Positions 58,968 through 64,000 of a stretch of DNA of 64,000 bases are shown in pieces. Each line of letters starts with the position of its first letter. Positions within the stretch are counted from its first letter, which is position 1. The stretch spans positions 64,001-128,000 of IMG/VR virus record IMGVR_UViG_3300020473_000020, one strand, 5' to 3'. The stretch comes from a virus. Made by a program: the position numbers and the translations under genes. The notes below the pieces were generated by a model. The model worked only from the letters and a program-made list of their open reading frames with translations. It did not search any database and was not told the origin of the DNA.

Positions 58968-61145
58968 ATGGCCGAACTTGAACTAAACAGTGGCATGTTA
59001 GACGGTGAAATGGGTAACGCCATTAAGAAGCTAATCACATCAGCAATGGTTGACGATTACGATGGGTGTATCAAAGAACAAAACTCAGCTATCGCAATTC
59101 GTGGCCACATGATCAGTGACTTCACTAATGATGATGCCCCAATGGGATTCCCTACCTTTGATGACGTAGGGAACTTGAACTTATTGCAGTACCTAGATAA
59201 ACACAAGATCATCAGCTTTGACGACCAAGTTGCTTTAGCGCTTGAGGTTCTGACTGATAAGGGCGGTAGGTTAAACTCGGCAGCACGTAAGCGTATTGCT
59301 AAGGAATGGTCGGGTAAATATGATGGTCACTCCCGCGAGCTTGAATTGGTATTAACGCAAGTACTACTTCACCCTAATGCGCGACTAGCTATTGTGGGCG
59401 GGATCCAAGATCAGAAGAACTGGCGAAGAGACCCTGTCGTAAAAATGCTTAGAGCTGGGCATAGTTGGTTAGGTTTAGATAGCAATATCGAGACTGTTAA
59501 GGGCTTCATAGAAAGCTATAAAACGGATGAACGCTACTGGCCGCTTGAGCTTTGGGAGATTGCGGCCGTTGATGAATACGGTAGATCTGACAGCTTCGCA
59601 GCAAGTATAACTAATGCTTGTGAGGGGTATCTAAATACTTTGCTTGTAAAGGCTCGCATTTTTAGCGACCTTACTGCAACACAGAAAAAAGGTCTGATCC
59701 TCGCACTTTACGCGATTAGTTCACTTCTATCGACACGAACTGTTATTGCCCCGTTCGACGCTGCAATCCCTAAGCTAGATAGCTACATTAATTTTGGCCG
59801 CTTGCGTCACCATGGGTTATGCGACGCACAAGGAAAGGCTTCACCGATTTATGAAATTGCGAAAGGCGTAGCCTTGAACTTGGGGGAGTCCGTCGGCAGT
59901 AGTAAGGGTGAAATAATTTATGCAGGTATCAAGTCGATCATTGAAACTGTTGGTTATGATATAAGCAAACTTGACGATTTGAAGGGGTCGATGCGTGCCT
60001 ATTACGCTAGATTACTCACGGATCGCGTGGTTAAACTTGTGATGGAGATCGAGGACATCATAGAGATTCTAGAGTCTCCCGACTGCCATTATGTCTTTTC
60101 CGACGAAGGGAAAACGTTCTTAAATGACCTCAGAGAAGACTTATTTACGTGGCTTAAATACTTACGGTCTGATGACATTAAAGAAGGTAATGACATCAGC
60201 AAGCTAAGCGTCGATGAGGCTGCGACTTACGATTACTGGGTCGGAAAATTCCGAGGTATTCTTGCGGATAACCCGTATACAGAAACGTTTGCCGACCATC
60301 TTGCTTCTAGGAACCTCAACATTGAGAAGCTACAGCGTCAGGCACAAGAGGCCATAGTTGAAATGGACACTGAAACTCTTATGTCAGTAACTAAGCAACT
60401 AAACGAAGCTAAGACGGCCGCGCAGAGTATATTAATAGAGTTGTACAATCCTTTACGGCTTACTGAGGCAATGAAAGACGGCGCGCCAAAGAAAGAAGCC
60501 AGTCCCAAAAAAGGCAATGATGGCCATGACCAGCTACTGGATGACTTAGAGCATACGATAGACACTCTTGAGGGTAAGCTTGCTGATGAGACAGAGAGCC
60601 GTAGTGCTTTAGGGAAAGAATTGGCCGAGGCAAAGCGTAATATAAAAGCGATGGAAAAGGCGTTGGCCGATGCCAGCGAAGATAGCAGCGATGCTTTCGT
60701 AGCACTACTTCGAGGCAGTACACCGCATGCGGTTGTCTCGTCATTCAAGGCACTCGCGGGTAATCACGTAGTCGTTTTAGATTCAGCTTTGGAATCTGCT
60801 AGTAAAAGTACGTTCAAAAACACAGCAAAGCTAATGGAAGCGCTGTCTATACTTTCTGATGACTATTACAACCAGATCGTAGTCGAAGGTAAGCCCGATT
60901 CTGTTGCGAAGAATGTACTCGGTTTTGCTTACCGTGCGGGTGAGTCCGACACGACTATCGCAGTTCCTAAGCTACGTGCACAGCGTGAGTTCAAGTATGA
61001 AGGCGAAAATTACCTGTTCGTTCAGCACCTGACGCTAGGTACAAAGCGTGGTAACCAAACGTCGATTCAAGTCCATTTCAAGATCATTGACAAGAAGCTT
61101 GTAATTGCGCGTGTTGGAACCCACTTAGAAGTATCGAGCAGCTAG
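58968..61145 (+). CDS. Large hypothetical protein; coiled coil plus possible RelE/ParE-like C-terminal domain
   Basis: AGGAG RBS; C-terminus HLTLG...IQVHFKIIDKKLVIARVGTHL. Confidence 0.7.
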   Translation: MAELELNSGMLDGEMGNAIKKLITSAMVDDYDGCIKEQNSAIAIRGHMISDFTNDDAPMGFPTFDDVGNLNLLQYLDKHKIISFDDQVALALEVLTDKGGRLNSAARKRIAKEWSGKYDGHSRELELVLTQVLLHPNARLAIVGGIQDQKNWRRDPVVKMLRAGHSWLGLDSNIETVKGFIESYKTDERYWPLELWEIAAVDEYGRSDSFAASITNACEGYLNTLLVKARIFSDLTATQKKGLILALYAISSLLSTRTVIAPFDAAIPKLDSYINFGRLRHHGLCDAQGKASPIYEIAKGVALNLGESVGSSKGEIIYAGIKSIIETVGYDISKLDDLKGSMRAYYARLLTDRVVKLVMEIEDIIEILESPDCHYVFSDEGKTFLNDLREDLFTWLKYLRSDDIKEGNDISKLSVDEAATYDYWVGKFRGILADNPYTETFADHLASRNLNIEKLQRQAQEAIVEMDTETLMSVTKQLNEAKTAAQSILIELYNPLRLTEAMKDGAPKKEASPKKGNDGHDQLLDDLEHTIDTLEGKLADETESRSALGKELAEAKRNIKAMEKALADASEDSSDAFVALLRGSTPHAVVSSFKALAGNHVVVLDSALESASKSTFKNTAKLMEALSILSDDYYNQIVVEGKPDSVAKNVLGFAYRAGESDTTIAVPKLRAQREFKYEGENYLFVQHLTLGTKRGNQTSIQVHFKIIDKKLVIARVGTHLEVSSS

Positions 61146-61310
61146 TATTTCCCCGCTATTAATAACAATACGTCGACCCCCACTGGTCGGCGTATTCACC
61201 TACCTTCAAACCTTACAATACGCTTGCAATAGTTGCCCTAAATCCCTAGAATAGCAGTCGATTTGAGACAAGACGTGTTAATTCGTCTGTAGATAAATTA
61301 GGAACTTAGT

Positions 61311-61511
61311 ATGGCGAAAACGCAAGGCACCAGCCTGCTTCATATTAACACCCTACGGTCATGGTCGACATCAGTATCAATTGAGGTCAACGGCGCGACT
61401 AAGTGGGTACATAAAAGACCAAAGGGACTAACCAGTTTTAGGGAACGTCTTAGCATTGCATTTAAGGTATTCAAAGGGGAAGCTGATGCTGTCGTATGGG
61501 AACAACAATAA
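61311..61511 (+). CDS. Hypothetical protein
   Basis: AGGA RBS; downstream of TTGCAA-17-TAGAAT at 61224-61252. Confidence 0.6.
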   Translation: MAKTQGTSLLHINTLRSWSTSVSIEVNGATKWVHKRPKGLTSFRERLSIAFKVFKGEADAVVWEQQ

Positions 61512-61679
61512 CAATAACAATAACTATAATAACATAGTCGATGGTGTTGCTCGTATCTTCCTCGATAATCGCGATGACGACGACGTAAAAATCATTACAA
61601 AAATAAAAACAAAATTTCCTATGCTTTCGCATGAAGAAAGGCTAAAGGTTATGCGCCAAGTGGCTGAGAGGTTTTCGTA

Positions 61680-62135
61680 ATGGCAAAGAATTTCTCAAAC
61701 TTTAGGCTAGTAAGGACGCAGGATTACCCTCTAGGTGCGCAAGCCCTTATAGACATAACCAACCACGGCCAAACTCAGACAATTTTAATCAGGCAAGATA
61801 CTTTAACGCTAAACTGGCACTATCTTTCTGGAAGTTCCAAAGAACTCCACCCATCGGTACTTAATCAGCTTGAAATCCCCGACGACTTAACGAAGCCATT
61901 CTGGTATGATGCGCACGACGCTGACCTAGCTGGGTTCGCTAAATGGGTCTCAGACGCGACTGCATCTTTGGCACGTCAACTAGAGGCCAATGAAGAGAAT
62001 CTTGCTGGGTTACGCCGTATCGGGTCTGATGACCTAAATAAGCGCATTCTTGAGTTAGTAGCAGAAAGAGAACTACTGAGAGGTGCAGTACGTGAATTAA
62101 TGGGAGCACTGTCGCAGGTAAGCTACCCACTATAG
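61680..62135 (+). CDS. Hypothetical protein
   Basis: GAGG RBS; TAATG coupling to the upstream ORF. Confidence 0.6.
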   Translation: MAKNFSNFRLVRTQDYPLGAQALIDITNHGQTQTILIRQDTLTLNWHYLSGSSKELHPSVLNQLEIPDDLTKPFWYDAHDADLAGFAKWVSDATASLARQLEANEENLAGLRRIGSDDLNKRILELVAERELLRGAVRELMGALSQVSYPL

Positions 62136-62140
62136 GATGT

Positions 62141-62374
62141 ATGAGAAATATCGAGCTTATGCCTGATTCGAAGTCGGGCACTCGTGTTGTATTCACACAC
62201 CCCACGTTCGCTTTTATTGACCAGCACTTACAAAACGGACGTGAGTACCTAAAGCGTGATGGTGTGTATACAGTACACACGATAGACGGTGATGATGCCA
62301 CCGCAGCTGTAGAGCTAAAAGAGTTCATCGGAGTCAAATTCGCGCTTACGCAATTTGATGAATTAGAGACTTAA
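62141..62374 (+). CDS. Hypothetical protein
   Basis: AGGA RBS. Confidence 0.6.
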   Translation: MRNIELMPDSKSGTRVVFTHPTFAFIDQHLQNGREYLKRDGVYTVHTIDGDDATAAVELKEFIGVKFALTQFDELET

Positions 62375-62387
62375 TCGAGACTGAGAT

Positions 62388-63242
62388 ATGAAACCAATAC
62401 TGTGTATCTACCATGATCACTGTACCGATGGGTATGGCGCTGCATGGGTTGTACAACGCAAGTTCGGTGTTGAGAATGTGGAGCTTTACGGTGGAACGTA
62501 CATGCGCCCAGCACCGCCTGTAGAGTTATACAAAGACCGCACTGTCTACCTTGTAGACTTCTCGTATAAACGCGATGTTCTGAAAAAGATTGCCGAGCAA
62601 GCCAAAGAAGTAATTATATTAGACCACCATGCAACGGCCGAAGCTGATATTGCACCATTGATTGCTGATGGAACCGTAACAGGCTGTTTCGCTAAAGAAG
62701 AGTCAGGTGCCCTGCTAACTTGGAATTATCTATTTGCGGGCTTCCCAGCGCCTCGGCTTATTCAGCACCTGTCGGATCGTGACTTGTGGACTTTCAAACT
62801 CCCGAACACAAAGGTAATTGTAGAAGCCGTAATGTCATACGATTATGACTACGACACTTGGACAGACCTAATGCACGAACCGTTATCTAACCTTATAGAG
62901 ATCGGCGAACGGTTATACGCAATGAAGCTTAAAAATGCGAAGGACATCATTGATTCTAATACGCTTCTTGTTGAGTTCGAAGGCTCATTGGTGCCGTGTG
63001 TAAACATGCCTTACCAGTGGGTTTCAGACGGTGCCGAGTTTCTAAAGGATGACTACGATTTCGTCGTATTGTTTACGGTCGAGCGAGAGCATGTGAAGTT
63101 CTCATTAAGGTCAGCCAAAGGTAAAACTGATGTTAGTGAGATAGCATTGAAGTACGGCGGCGGTGGCCATAGAGAGGCCGCTAGCTTTAGCCTAGCTAAA
63201 GACGACTACTTAGTTCGTCGTCTAGTGCTGGGCAGCTATTAG
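62388..63242 (+). CDS. DHH/DHHA1 phosphoesterase (nanoRNase-like)
   Basis: YHDHCTDG, LVDFS, ILDHH, DRDLW, FSLRS, YGGGGHREAASF. Confidence 0.9.
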   Translation: MKPILCIYHDHCTDGYGAAWVVQRKFGVENVELYGGTYMRPAPPVELYKDRTVYLVDFSYKRDVLKKIAEQAKEVIILDHHATAEADIAPLIADGTVTGCFAKEESGALLTWNYLFAGFPAPRLIQHLSDRDLWTFKLPNTKVIVEAVMSYDYDYDTWTDLMHEPLSNLIEIGERLYAMKLKNAKDIIDSNTLLVEFEGSLVPCVNMPYQWVSDGAEFLKDDYDFVVLFTVEREHVKFSLRSAKGKTDVSEIALKYGGGGHREAASFSLAKDDYLVRRLVLGSY

Positions 63243-63243
63243 G

Positions 63244-63537
63244 CTAGTCTTTAACGAGCTTAGCGATTAGGTCAGACTCGACAATGATTATGGCCTCTTC
63301 GCCATCTATGGTCTCTTTATGAGGTCTGTATGGCTCGTGAAAGACTACAGTATCGCCTTCCTGCACGCACACAGGGCGAACGTTACCATTATCAAGTAAC
63401 TTGCCAGCGCCGACGGCAAGAACAACACCACGGTTTGATACAGTCTGCATAGCTTGCGGTAGGATTAGATTTGATTTCTGAGGGTCGACAGTTAGTCGCT
63501 TTATTAAAATTTGGTCGTGTAACGGTATGACTTTCAT
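63244..63537 (-). CDS. groES: Co-chaperonin GroES
   Basis: MKVIPLHDQILIK, GVVLAVGAGKLLDNG.VRP..VQEGDTVVF, ESDLIAK. Confidence 0.92.
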   Translation of the reverse strand: MKVIPLHDQILIKRLTVDPQKSNLILPQAMQTVSNRGVVLAVGAGKLLDNGNVRPVCVQEGDTVVFHEPYRPHKETIDGEEAIIIVESDLIAKLVKD

Positions 63538-63584
63538 GCGCGTTGTCTCAATTAGGTATTTAACGCGCATTGTACAATGGTTTT

Positions 63585-63971
63585 CTAGTTGGCGGAAGTC
63601 TGCCTCGCTTTCTCTTCCTCAATAACGGCTTTAATGCCTTTTCGATAGATGTGCCCCATTACGTCAAGCTCAACGGCAGAGAATACATCTTCATCGCGCT
63701 TAACAAAATAAAAGCTACTCGAAGGACAGGCACCACCCTTTTCTATGTCAATCCCCTCGACCTTATACAAGCCGTGGCTAGTACGGCCATTGGGGTCTAT
63801 AAGCCCTGTTAGCCTTGTAATAGTGCTATCTTTCGTCGGAATACAACAGACCATAAACGTTTCTTCTGTACCACATCGTTGAGTCTTTATATTGCCATAT
63901 ATATCTATCACTGCTCCATCAGCGTCCAAGTATGAAGTGATTTCTAGGTCTTCTAGGTAAGCGCCTTTCAC
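63585..63971 (-). CDS. Hypothetical protein
   Basis: 128-aa ORF near the window end; true start may lie further upstream. Confidence 0.5.
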   Translation of the reverse strand: MKGAYLEDLEITSYLDADGAVIDIYGNIKTQRCGTEETFMVCCIPTKDSTITRLTGLIDPNGRTSHGLYKVEGIDIEKGGACPSSSFYFVKRDEDVFSAVELDVMGHIYRKGIKAVIEEEKARQTSAN

Positions 63972-64000
63972 TACGTGCGGTGCATGTAACGGTACCGCAT

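Overview
This window looks like a 64-kb segment of a large (probably jumbo) dsDNA bacteriophage or phage-plasmid of a gammaproteobacterium; a marine Alteromonadales/Vibrionales-like host is only an inference. It holds the replication, recombination and nucleotide-metabolism region. Replication and repair genes: UDG-fused family A DNA polymerase, beta-clamp-like protein, DnaX-like clamp loader, DnaB helicase, 5'-3' exonuclease, SNF2 helicase with a class 3 mini-intein, a split Ski2/Hel308-like helicase, gp32-like SSB, RecA, RuvC, SbcCD, RdgC and HU. Metabolism and accessory genes: NrdAB, DHFR, thioredoxin, a tandem-AAA/vWA module, chaperones (SecB, J-domain, GroES) and an Acb1-like 2H phosphoesterase. 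Genes at 1-22.6 kb are on the minus strand; most later genes are on the plus strand. No tRNA, rRNA or CRISPR array was seen. The most unusual signals are: (1) an unannotated double-glycine-leader peptide in an XRE regulator + membrane protein + peptide cassette; (2) a plasmid-type RepA with a 4-iteron origin; (3) the palindrome TTGTACAA found at least 42 times, overlapping several promoter -10 boxes; (4) a gene-oriented AAT(T/C)GAGAC leader motif; (5) a helicase split right after motif VI by an unrelated gene. All family calls come from motif recognition by eye, not database searches.
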